Assembly: GCA_003602515.1 (NCBI GenBank)
Contig: QQSB01000005.1
Span: 88,247-152,246, forward strand
Origin: Candidatus Poseidoniales archaeon
GTDB taxonomy: Archaea; Thermoplasmatota; Poseidoniia; Poseidoniales; Thalassarchaeaceae
Length of the DNA stretch: 64,000 nt
Reading direction: 5' to 3'
Numbering within the stretch: position 1 is the first letter of the stretch; every line of letters begins with the position of its first letter. The position numbers were made by a program, and so were the translations under genes. The notes beneath the pieces were generated by a model. The model was not told where the DNA came from. It was given only the letters and a program-made list of their open reading frames with translations, and did no database searches. This document shows positions 13,601 through 20,296 of this stretch, one piece after another.

Positions 13601-16600
13601 TGAACCTCTGCCCATCTAGTGAAGTCTTTGCCGTACACATTGAATGCCTTGCCGTCCCACGTACCGCCGGAGAAGCCAGTGACCTTGCGTGCGGGGATTC
13701 CCGCGATCCTAAGCATAGTCACGAATACGGATGTGAACTCATCGCAGTCTCCTTCTCTGGATGAGTTTAGAATCCAATGAGTTACATCACTATCTATCCC
13801 AATACCGCTTTCCCTGCCAGAGCCGAAGTGATTCCTTAGAAAGGAGATTGTTTCATTACCGTTCACTATGAAATTCTGAATGGCGGTGACCTTGTCCCAT
13901 GCCGATATTGCTCCTGACTGATCCAGAACATCCTGGGTAAGGTTTGCAACAAAGCCAGAACTGTTCATGAATTCTTGTGGGAGGTCTTTGCCGTAATCAG
14001 AATCAGCGAAGGCTGTGGAATTATCTCTGATTGCAGCTGACAAAATCACCTCTGGTGCATTGACGTATAATGCCTCGATGACGGCACTGTCAACGATTAT
14101 GTCACGAGTGTAGTTAGAGAAATTGAGTCCGGCTGAAATATCCACCCAAGTTGTGAAATTCACAACATTGTAAGGCTGAATCAGTTCTTGACCGGGTCCA
14201 ATGTAACCTGCTTCATCGAAAATTATCTCCCATGATAGTGGACCCGAGTGGTTCCAGAAGGATTGGTCTGCAACCCCTTGTTCTGTGGAGAATTCCGGAG
14301 AAACCTGAGTATTCCCCAATAGGGTGCTATTGACGCCCCATGACACTCCGGTGTAGAAGTCATAGGTATGCCATCTCCAGTAGTGTTTGAGTGTTGGATC
14401 CAGTCCTTCTGAGCTATTTGTGGCGGTGAACATGAGTGCGTTCTCCTGTATATCGTCAATTGGATTGAAGGGGTCGCTCGGAGAACCGACGCAATCCAGA
14501 ACCCAGAAGTCCTCGGGGCATTCTTCACCATCGGGAATTCCACCGCCATCAGAATCGGGGTCGAGCCAGTCAGTTCCAAGCTCCTGCTCTATCAAATCGG
14601 GTATGCCATCGCCATCGGTATCAAGAGGGTTGATGTCGTCGTCCGGGTTATCTTGTGGGTTTGTCCCGTCTAGATATTCCTGGCCGTCATCGACCCCCCC
14701 ATTGTCAGAATCTGCTACGTTCCAAAGAGTGAACCAAACGTCAGACGTGAAATTTCCTCCGAAGCCGAAGCCACCGATGCCGAAAATCATTGAGCACCCA
14801 GTGGTATTCTCGAAATAGTTGTTGAGGCCGTCCTCATCGGAATCAAGCAGGTTGTGACAAGGCTCTCTCGGGTCTGTCAGATTGAGAGTCTCGGATAGGT
14901 CATTGACTCCGTCACCATCGGTATCGTAGAGGGTCGGATCGGAAAGGTACCCCCATGCTGCTGTCAATTCCTCCCAATCTGCAAGGCCATCGCCATCAGT
15001 GTCCTTGTAGTCATCATCACACCATGGATCGTTGGTAGCATTTGCAGAAGCATCCCAGCACCAGGAGCCATTGATGAATGAAATAGTTGATGCCCCGGCA
15101 GGGGGTTCCGTATCTATTCCCTTTAGGAATGATGGTTCCTCCAAGGAGTCATAGCTGAACGGCGTCCGTGAACCATTGGCTGAAACAAAGTAGGCCATTG
15201 GGGCATTTCCCCTCCAATCCACGGGGTTGGGGTTTATTCCTTCTGTAGAGTTGATGGTTAGAGTATCTGCATCTGAATCCCAGAATATGATTGTGAAGAC
15301 GAGTTCTAAAATTGATGTGCACGGGTCGGTCTGTCCGGGAAAGCCTTCGTCACCGTCACTTATCCCACCGCCGTCTGAATCGGAGACATTCCACAGCGTG
15401 CAGGAGTTATTCTCCTCCCAATTTTGTAGCCCGTCGCCATCAAAATCCCCCTCATCGTTTATCCTAGTTGGATCAGTCTCGCCGGGATCGATCACCCCGT
15501 TGCCATTCAGATCTTCGTCGCCATCGTCCAAATGGTCACCATCCGTATTGTTGCTCCGGGGGTCCGAACCCTGGGCGGGATCGCCGTACGAACCATTGTA
15601 CTCGATTCCGTCTAGAATCCCGTCCGAGTCAGTATCCGGGGATGTTGGGTCAGTCAGTAAGATAAGGCCCTCCAAGGAGTCATTCAGGCCATCACCATCG
15701 GTATCGTTGTTCTGAGGGTCAGTCTGGGTAATTCCATCGACCTCGGCGGTAAAAATTCCACATCCACCTGGACCTAGTGAAAGCACTGGATTGCAAGGCG
15801 ACTCAGTTATCGTCATGTTGATTGGCCCTGGCCTGAAGTACTGCGTAGGAGGGAATGTCGTTCCGTTCCTGGTGCCCCATGCAGGATTGACGTACTCGTA
15901 AATGTTTGATAGCCCGTCTAAGTCAGGGTCTCCGAAAGTCCCATCCTGATTTGAGTTTGATGTTGGATCGAGGCCGTTTGCTGCCTCCCATCCATCCGGC
16001 ATCCCATCCCCATCGGAATCCCAACCATTGGGGTCCTCATCTTCCAATCCGTCCCCATCATCATCATTGGAGCTACAATCGGCATCCCCATCGAAGTCCG
16101 GATCATTGGAATCAACCATCCCATCGTGATCGTTGTCGAAGGTATCGGTGCAGATGTTTCCTACTGGATCCTCGTCAGCGCCATCTGAACCTGAGCCCTG
16201 AATCACTTGCATGGCACTCTCCTCGTCCCAGTTCGAGACTGGAATTGTGCCATTCCACCAAACACCATTGTCCAGGACGTTAGTGGTGGAAGGCTCATCC
16301 CAACCCGATGGTATCCCGTAAAGATACTCGTTGAGATTCGTGAGGCCATCGGAGTCGGGGTCTCCAGTGGAGCCGTTTTCTCCGGTTGACGAAAGGGGGT
16401 CTAATCCATATTGCCATTCCCACCCATCGGGCAGGCCGTCGTTATCGGAGTCCCAATCCTGTGGCTGGGTATTGATCAGAAACTCAATCCCATATGGGAG
16501 TCCATCTGCATCCTGGTCGTTCGTGGTTGCGGAAACCTCGAAGACGGCAAGTTGCATAGAGGCCACCCCCATCATTAGGAGTAAGAAGGTGAGAAATATG

Positions 16601-16659
16601 GCTGATCTCTTCTTGCCCATTGGGCCAGATTCTTCGTAATTTGAAGTTAGCATCTGCAT
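7699..16659 (-). CDS. Giant (2,986 aa) type-I membrane-anchored mosaic surface protein with a transglutaminase-like core
   Basis: It is a single uninterrupted ORF. The N-terminal signal/anchor is KKRSAIFLTFLLLMMGVASMQLAVFEVSA. The domain blocks are listed as separate features below. The exoplasmic part has a very high density of N-x-S/T sequons. Confidence 0.85.
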   Translation of the reverse strand: MQMLTSNYEESGPMGKKRSAIFLTFLLLMMGVASMQLAVFEVSATTNDQDADGLPYGIEFLINTQPQDWDSDNDGLPDGWEWQYGLDPLSSTGENGSTGDPDSDGLTNLNEYLYGIPSGWDEPSTTNVLDNGVWWNGTIPVSNWDEESAMQVIQGSGSDGADEDPVGNICTDTFDNDHDGMVDSNDPDFDGDADCSSNDDDGDGLEDEDPNGWDSDGDGMPDGWEAANGLDPTSNSNQDGTFGDPDLDGLSNIYEYVNPAWGTRNGTTFPPTQYFRPGPINMTITESPCNPVLSLGPGGCGIFTAEVDGITQTDPQNNDTDGDGLNDSLEGLILLTDPTSPDTDSDGILDGIEYNGSYGDPAQGSDPRSNNTDGDHLDDGDEDLNGNGVIDPGETDPTRINDEGDFDGDGLQNWEENNSCTLWNVSDSDGGGISDGDEGFPGQTDPCTSILELVFTIIFWDSDADTLTINSTEGINPNPVDWRGNAPMAYFVSANGSRTPFSYDSLEEPSFLKGIDTEPPAGASTISFINGSWCWDASANATNDPWCDDDYKDTDGDGLADWEELTAAWGYLSDPTLYDTDGDGVNDLSETLNLTDPREPCHNLLDSDEDGLNNYFENTTGCSMIFGIGGFGFGGNFTSDVWFTLWNVADSDNGGVDDGQEYLDGTNPQDNPDDDINPLDTDGDGIPDLIEQELGTDWLDPDSDGGGIPDGEECPEDFWVLDCVGSPSDPFNPIDDIQENALMFTATNSSEGLDPTLKHYWRWHTYDFYTGVSWGVNSTLLGNTQVSPEFSTEQGVADQSFWNHSGPLSWEIIFDEAGYIGPGQELIQPYNVVNFTTWVDISAGLNFSNYTRDIIVDSAVIEALYVNAPEVILSAAIRDNSTAFADSDYGKDLPQEFMNSSGFVANLTQDVLDQSGAISAWDKVTAIQNFIVNGNETISFLRNHFGSGRESGIGIDSDVTHWILNSSREGDCDEFTSVFVTMLRIAGIPARKVTGFSGGTWDGKAFNVYGKDFTRWAEVHLQTNQNQGELDLGWIPFEACPPMSEVRVNVDSWGPTSVQRNTTTSEEIWVEGTLEFVENQTLVENITLSMYLVEPNQSEQVPGSAAILDHLVANVTTDENGSFNLTGLPQQIIQPGFGSLVILTTEMGYVGTQGISMPWQVNVTDNVSMTITSPNPVGQPMLGIGVNSSITGQLSWANSPFLDPSIVDDLQVTLNYSSVVDGEVSIASGVSGGGYYEFIVPIDETEPLGLMDAAISFDGWHFDDLNNATPASYHALPGSLPFKFNITLSPNLTVDIQSQGLNNSILEIGSSIYLNGTVLSRGPSPTPLNGTLILEMRRADLSGPFQELTTWYLNNSSWGSNSGEFSIIWSFSASEVPLPAGPVDVRLQFDSDNLNSNDQEQFIDTYGIRSFVVFDYELPFAIRGREYAVDVFLEDHTGSSFAPFDGEYELIFDGDLVWNESNPDAGRVTPAFIPSFTMTPGDYDWNLSYGGSTWLSPNSTSGVLRVRGMGNASASLSSDWSIRGSTNWVSGSANDMVLQSPITGNNSSVLVQLVLPSELPPTPGGFPAAGPTYNIANGWVDETTGTYNISFEIPQGVSSGVYELHITLSFSGNPPVGGSYYNAGDPTIIDLGVQTEFVIETDPQASIVTAGEELLLQSTVTDVEDPDVVLSGVALDLYFDWGGPLQDILQSGTTNSQGQVSFDPIIPSTAPPGFYDIRVHAPDDLSDTLTSTEAGRWLGNESFVNLTVQVASSVEINSIPSQVTALQSFNLVGNVMDSADVNRTVDGPVGINVFFLDEPGELLIENQTTNMSGAFNLTVPTDTLGNGVLRGDRTVVVSVVNGSTPFYLTGNGDASILVIGIPQFVDSNPFVNTIVDRGESITITTRLVEFSNNENPLSGFEVLARFHDTWLETAVTASDGSVAFEFEVPHDHPLGLVNVTFVFNGSVDLQQAVQILNTITVRSSATMAIDPITTNPLPGEFFNVTGSLTSSNGSGLADISGNPLNPTLTFSIDGDSSTFTVSQVTFNADGSWLAELRLDLSFPRGVHGLDVSFTPQVTYFTSASGFATFDSRGFSVLTIESPDDLDPDNRTVRGETFDISLSLIDNAGGPITSATIVVRIDNLTVWGGLSDSNGTASASILVRPDRQPGPMVVTATFSGINGTIGLLGDEAWTRVVVLAPTELVLKEASSPSISGGSVTLVGSLLDERGQLLQHDGNSSGGLVHLYVDGIDVGPSYTTFSNATTGQWSITYLIPSDMDFGPHTARVDFLGGFSWVDPMGQGDSLNPEYYLGSSDSMVFNVTQPTQVVISTPPAEIDRTEVAVVEGVLTDGVGRTIPNRDLAMSVNGQEITSLSVDVNGSFTGFVPIASDMELGPMVIGIEFAGEDFLLPSESSVVFTVFSPVFLTMDPIGPIAVGDVMLISGTAEDNLEDGWLGSQTIEVFVDGVLVGITSSQENGIWSLEWIIPESMDVGNHSISAISPAQGFYRQGLVDSNFTVSYHTTISHQVEQTYVTRGGHWNFSGRLYESDTGFEQGLEGREISIFLDGTPAELVVTEEGGFFSYSHRVQYALSRGSHNVSFQFGGELLYLSAESVSQVFALSDIVVEVQPITNTIIRGDASPSSSIMIQGLVREVGGESAIFANLSMSLTWGESELPITAGPWDNPSTMNFQIRAKAQEFMYPGENVIAIVVDSDQSRFLNGLSKEIEILVMIEVDFVYSELDLSNGQRVIKGTVNATARDTGAPLEGLSLTASLVNGSTTHFSVSKLTGEDGVFQYEFKSMAPLPAFSEQSLPPEGWGLLGVMIGSDSEFIEPGSLALLPSSGVSITYEKQEGDSFFGSAAVGIGALVIAAIAIAIGAMAFNTKRKSTIRELAKVLGQTVEMLASGDEYRRAIFLCYDNMCSVLMRRGFLRRSFETVREFEHAIRAALPISEASLVSLDRIFEEARYSSHVLGDTHRDNAQLALSSVMQEIEAIQDIPERDLHFEIDE
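7702..8151 (-). other. C-terminal TM helix (8083-8151) plus a 127-aa cytoplasmic DUF4129-like tail (7702-8082)
   Basis: The TM helix is SAAVGIGALVIAAIAIAIGAMAF, followed by the positive NTKRKSTIR. The tail reads FLRRSFETVREFEHAIRAAL...LDRIFEEARYSSHVL. This matches my recollection of the DUF4129 signature (ET.REF ... E.ARYS). Confidence 0.6.
8170..13512 (-). repeat. Series of beta-sandwich (prealbumin/CarboxypepD_reg-like or Ig-like) modules (aa ~1050-2830)
   Basis: The signature T/S-(D/N)-x-x-G-x-(F/W)-x-h-x-h-P recurs at least 10 times. Examples are TTDENGSFNLTGLP, TNSQGQVSFDPIIP, TTNMSGAFNLTVP, ASDGSVAFEFEVP, SVDVNGSFTGFVP, SQENGIWSLEWIIP, ATTGQWSITYLIP and TGEDGVFQYEF. Confidence 0.6.
13540..13917 (-). 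other. Transglutaminase-like (papain-fold) core domain of the giant protein (aa ~915-1040)
   Basis: REGDCDEFTSVFVTMLRIAGIPARKVTGF contains Cys972, encoded at 13744-13746. TRWAEVHL contains His1020. GWIPFEACP has Glu1038 where Asp is usual. The upstream HYWRWHTYDFYTGVSW resembles the TgpA-type pre-core segment. Confidence 0.75.
14524..16518 (-). repeat. Array of thrombospondin type-3-like Ca-binding repeats (aa ~48-712 of the giant protein)
   Basis: I count about 18 D-x-D-x-D-G-x-x-D-x-x-E units by eye. Examples are DSDNDGLPDGWE, DPDSDGLTNLNE, DSDGDGMPDGWE, DTDGDGLNDSLE, DTDSDGILDGIE, DFDGDGLQNWEE, DTDGDGLADWEE, DTDGDGVNDLSE, DSDEDGLNNYFE, DTDGDGIPDLIE and DPDSDGGGIPDGEE. Confidence 0.75.
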
Positions 16660-16734
16660 GGGCGTCAGTCTCGTATTGTTGGCCGCTAACTCCGGGTCTT
16701 AAGAAGAATGGAGCGTCGTTCGTACATTTGTGAC

Positions 16735-19689
16735 CTATAATAGTTCGACGTCGTCATCATCGTACCTTTCTGCCCCACTAGGTTCTTCCTCTACAGTTAC
16801 TGGTGCTGGAATCTCGGGAGTGGTTTCTTCGACCTGGACCACATCATCAGATAGTGACTCCAGCATCCTCATTTGTGAGGCCCACCTTCTCCTATTGAGT
16901 CTACTCTGAATACCGGCAAAAAGCAATAGGACACTGACCAAAACCAGAACAATGGTGATTGGGCGGGGATGAGCCATTTCGTTGACGATAATATCTGCGA
17001 ATGAACCAATCTCAACGATTGCCGTAAGTGTGAACTTGGCAGTAAGAGACTCGGAGAAGCTCTGCTCTGTATCTAGTGGGGTGGCGGTGACGGTGATTGG
17101 AATTGAGTCACCGTTGTTTGCTGAATCGGAAACAGAAACTTCGACAGTGAAGGTTGCCTCGTCAAACGCCTCGATTTCTATCAGGGGGGATCCGGAAAGT
17201 CCACCGATACTTACATCCCACCCACCCTCGTCCACATCAGCTTCCAGAAGAACGGTCATTGGACTATTGCCCTCATTCTTCACCTTCATCTGTATGGAAT
17301 AGTCATTGCCTGGAGCGAGTTTGGTATTTTGAGACACCTGGACTATCTCCAGCATCGGTTGATCTGCTTCGATCTCAAAGGTCATGGGGAGGTCGAAATA
17401 TCTTGGTTCGTCTTCTTCTATGTCCTCAACAATCCTCAGATATACTGTATGGTTCCCCACTTCTACCTCATTTGTCAGCGTTGCACTGATGAAGACCTCT
17501 GTGAAGTCTCCAGGTCCAAGAGAAACCCTGGGGACCGCTTCTCCATCAGAATTTGTAATTCTGAAATCCCATTGGCCATATGCGGGGTTTCTATCCGTAT
17601 TTTCCTTCAATGAGGCAGGATTTTGAAGCAGCCACCATGATGCTGCTTCCAAATCCGTCTCACTATTTGTCAATCGTGCTCTGAAATCCAATACGGGCCT
17701 ATCCTGACCAGGTGCACAGAGTGCTACCTTCATGTGTCCGAGGGGAGTACCATCACAATCCTGTGAAACCTCGCCCCTAATGCCATATGTTCTCTGGATG
17801 GTGAATGAAATGGTAGTAGTAGTAGAAGCATTTCCCCCGCTGATTACTTCTATTTCAATCTCTCCAATGTCATCATCCTCTCTATCTAGGCTAGGCTTCA
17901 CCCCGAGAATCAGAACCTTTGTGCTGTGCCTCTCCAAAAGGGGAGTGTGGAAAGTTCCGTCTCCCTCATCTTGGAGTATCCTCTGCCCGGTTAGGTTATC
18001 GTGCAATTGGAAGATTGATTTTGATCTCTTCAGAATATCTATTCTGAAGGTGTCGGCATCGAAACCGGTATTGAAAATCTCCAAAATAAATGGATTGAAT
18101 TCCCCATACTCAGCGAATCTGGGGATGGTCGAATCGAGGGCTTCTCCTCTTGAGGAGTTCGCTATTGGTATTTTATGATCCTCAGACCAGACTGAAACTA
18201 CCGGTGGCTGATAGACGTCAATCTTCTCCACATTCAGTACGAGGGTATCTTGGTGGACGACGGAAATAACCCCATCCACATCCGCTTCGGCTACTGCTCG
18301 GATCTCAATCTTCTTAGGCATCCCAGTAAGATCGTCGGGAGCCGTGAGTGTCACTGTAGGGTTAATCACAGTGCCGCCGGAACTCATCTCGTATCCTGCT
18401 GGTGAGTCGAACTCAACCAACCAAGAGCTGCCCATATTGGTCAGAACCTCAAGTTCTACGGTCATTGACTTCGTGGAATCCCCCCTGTGGACAAGAACCA
18501 TGGGGATAGGAGTTACCTTCCCCGGGGCGAAGTACTCTACTGAACGATCGAACCGATGCTTCACTGATACGCCAAACTGGTGCATCTCTATTGGTTCGTG
18601 TTCGATTTCTATTTCGTTACCACCGACATCCCGGACCCTGAGAAATACAGTATACTCTCCGGGTGAAAGTCCACTATCGTAGGTGAAAAGGAATTTTCCA
18701 AAGATCCCTGTGCTTGAATCCTCGATATCCTCCATATCGCCAGTGATTCTTTCATCGACCTCATAGTTCCCATCCGGTCCCCTCATGAGTATGTCAACTC
18801 TGGAGATGTCTGCCCTCCCAAAGGCACTGATCGCATCTAGTGAAAACTGCATCTCCCGATCCTCCACAATGTCATTCGGATACCAGTCTATAACAGAGCC
18901 CTCGGCAATATTCGCACCTTCCCTCTGAACTACAATGATGCTATTCATCAGTGCATTTCCATTTGCTTCCATCTTGGAAAATTTGTTCGGCTCGTTGTCA
19001 ATGTTGTTGAATGCGACATCTGCAGAGCAGCTAGACCCACCGAACGGGCTATCACTGCCGTCGCATCCAGACATACTAGCTCTGACCCTGATGATCAATC
19101 GCTCATTCTTCCCTACTTGGAAGGATTCGGAATTTCCTATCCCGACGTCTATGATCTCGTGATCGAAATCGCAACTGCTACCAAATGACGAGGTACATAC
19201 GGAGCCAGAGTAAGTTGTTGATCCAATGGTCCTCTCTGAAGTCATAATGGAAACTGTCCAATCAACATTTGAATTCTGAGATCCTTCTGACTTGAGGAAT
19301 AATTCAACTGGAATGTAGTATGAGTCGTTTGCATGGAATTTCCTGCCAAAGAATTCCATAGAAGACATCAATGAAATGGTCATAAATTGAACATCGTCAT
19401 CCAAAGCACTTGCGACTTCCTGGTCCTCATTCCCTTCAGGCGGCTGAGTGCTGATCAGTCCATCCATTCCAGCAGTTTGGTTCTGGCCGGGTTGTACGAA
19501 GTACAACTTGTATAAGTTGGCGTCTGGAGCACTTTCAGAGGCATGGAATGGCCTGAATTCGGGAAGTTCTGAAGATTCCAAATCGAAGCCCGTAGGAACA
19601 AGCATCAACAATGCCAACGACAGTGAGACCAGTGCAGTTTGACGCACACAGGAGTCGGGGTTGCTATTTCGCACGATTGTGCGCCGCAT
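16735..19689 (-). CDS. Large (984 aa) membrane-anchored surface protein with NEW3/CARDB-like beta-sandwich domains
   Basis: The N-terminal anchor is TALVSLSLALLMLVPTGF. CARDB/NEW3-like segments include PGNDYSIQMKVKNEGNSPMTVLLEADVDEGGWDVSIG and GEFNPFILEIFNTGFDADTFRIDI. The C-terminal TM ITIVLVLVSVLLLFAGIQ is followed by SRLNRRRW and an acidic tail ending DDDDVELL. Confidence 0.7.
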   Translation of the reverse strand: MRRTIVRNSNPDSCVRQTALVSLSLALLMLVPTGFDLESSELPEFRPFHASESAPDANLYKLYFVQPGQNQTAGMDGLISTQPPEGNEDQEVASALDDDVQFMTISLMSSMEFFGRKFHANDSYYIPVELFLKSEGSQNSNVDWTVSIMTSERTIGSTTYSGSVCTSSFGSSCDFDHEIIDVGIGNSESFQVGKNERLIIRVRASMSGCDGSDSPFGGSSCSADVAFNNIDNEPNKFSKMEANGNALMNSIIVVQREGANIAEGSVIDWYPNDIVEDREMQFSLDAISAFGRADISRVDILMRGPDGNYEVDERITGDMEDIEDSSTGIFGKFLFTYDSGLSPGEYTVFLRVRDVGGNEIEIEHEPIEMHQFGVSVKHRFDRSVEYFAPGKVTPIPMVLVHRGDSTKSMTVELEVLTNMGSSWLVEFDSPAGYEMSSGGTVINPTVTLTAPDDLTGMPKKIEIRAVAEADVDGVISVVHQDTLVLNVEKIDVYQPPVVSVWSEDHKIPIANSSRGEALDSTIPRFAEYGEFNPFILEIFNTGFDADTFRIDILKRSKSIFQLHDNLTGQRILQDEGDGTFHTPLLERHSTKVLILGVKPSLDREDDDIGEIEIEVISGGNASTTTTISFTIQRTYGIRGEVSQDCDGTPLGHMKVALCAPGQDRPVLDFRARLTNSETDLEAASWWLLQNPASLKENTDRNPAYGQWDFRITNSDGEAVPRVSLGPGDFTEVFISATLTNEVEVGNHTVYLRIVEDIEEDEPRYFDLPMTFEIEADQPMLEIVQVSQNTKLAPGNDYSIQMKVKNEGNSPMTVLLEADVDEGGWDVSIGGLSGSPLIEIEAFDEATFTVEVSVSDSANNGDSIPITVTATPLDTEQSFSESLTAKFTLTAIVEIGSFADIIVNEMAHPRPITIVLVLVSVLLLFAGIQSRLNRRRWASQMRMLESLSDDVVQVEETTPEIPAPVTVEEEPSGAERYDDDDVELL

Positions 19690-19790
19690 CCGGGATGTTA
19701 AAGAGTTCGGGAGTTTGGAGTAGTGGATGCATCGGTTATTGCACGTTATCGTCCGCTCGGTTGAAATCGAAAGTCGATGCTCGTTAGACT

Positions 19791-19876
19791 GCAGGGGTAC
19801 CCGAGTTGGTCAAAGGGGCCGGACTTAAGCTCCGGTGCTTAGTGCTTCATGGGTTCGAATCCCATCCCCTGCACCA
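19791..19876 (+). tRNA. tRNA-Leu (anticodon UAA) with a long variable arm and a genomically encoded CCA
   Basis: The acceptor stem is GCAGGGG/CCCCTGC. The anticodon stem CCGGA/TCCGG carries the loop CTTAAGC. The T-arm is ATGGG TTCGAAT CCCAT. The class II variable arm is TGCTTAGTGCTTC. The 3' end is A-CCA at 19873-19876. Confidence 0.93.
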
Positions 19877-20296
19877 TTAATTATCAAATCCCGTTTTTGC
19901 TCGTGCAAGTGTGCAGCCAAACTTGCCATCAAAACCCATAGGAGAGACCTTAGTCAGACATACCACTCCGGCTACAACTTTCTCCGGGAGTAGTATAGAT
20001 TCCAGTATTGAAGAGGCGATTGTCTCCATCAGGGCGTTCCTCTCAGAAGTTGCTTTTTCTATCGAACGATGTAGATATTCGTAGTCTAAAACGTCTCCAA
20101 TTTCGTCTTTGGAAGGTTTTTCGGCTCCTTCGAGTAAAACTTCGATGTCGAATCTCACTGGTTGCTTGACCCCCATCTCGTAATCGTGGGCACCTATGTC
20201 CAGTTCGACTATAACTTCCTCGAGACGCAGTGTTGTCCAACTGGAAGACTCGAGTTTTGCGATTGTGGAGCTAAGATGGGGGGTTGTTATGGTCAA
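19877..20296 (-). CDS. Dihydroneopterin aldolase (FolB)-like protein
   Basis: The FolB-like pattern is LEEVIVELDIGAHDYEMGVKQPVRFDIEVLL...DVLDYEYLHRSIE. It overlaps the upstream SDR gene by 4 nt. This is a motif-level call. Confidence 0.55.
   Translation of the reverse strand: MTITTPHLSSTIAKLESSSWTTLRLEEVIVELDIGAHDYEMGVKQPVRFDIEVLLEGAEKPSKDEIGDVLDYEYLHRSIEKATSERNALMETIASSILESILLPEKVVAGVVCLTKVSPMGFDGKFGCTLARAKTGFDN
19894..19898 (+). terminator. Oligo-T tract downstream of tRNA-Leu (possible archaeal terminator)
   Basis: A TTTTT run lies 18 nt after the tRNA 3' end. It sits inside the 3' end of the opposite-strand gene. Confidence 0.35.

Noticed and set aside
8189-16639. Dozens of plus-strand ORFs of 60-263 aa inside the giant gene, for example 10010-10801, 9380-9748, 14387-14818 and 15227-15715.
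   Set aside because: They are antisense to one continuous 2,986-aa ORF with clear domain content. Their products are low-complexity, S/P/R-rich and motif-free. This is typical shadow-ORF behaviour of a long, biased coding region.
7699-19876. The surface-protein block read as a tRNA-integrated mobile island.
   Set aside because: No integrase, transposase or recognisable direct repeat of the tRNA 3' end was seen by eye. I kept it only as a possibly variable region, not as a mobile element.
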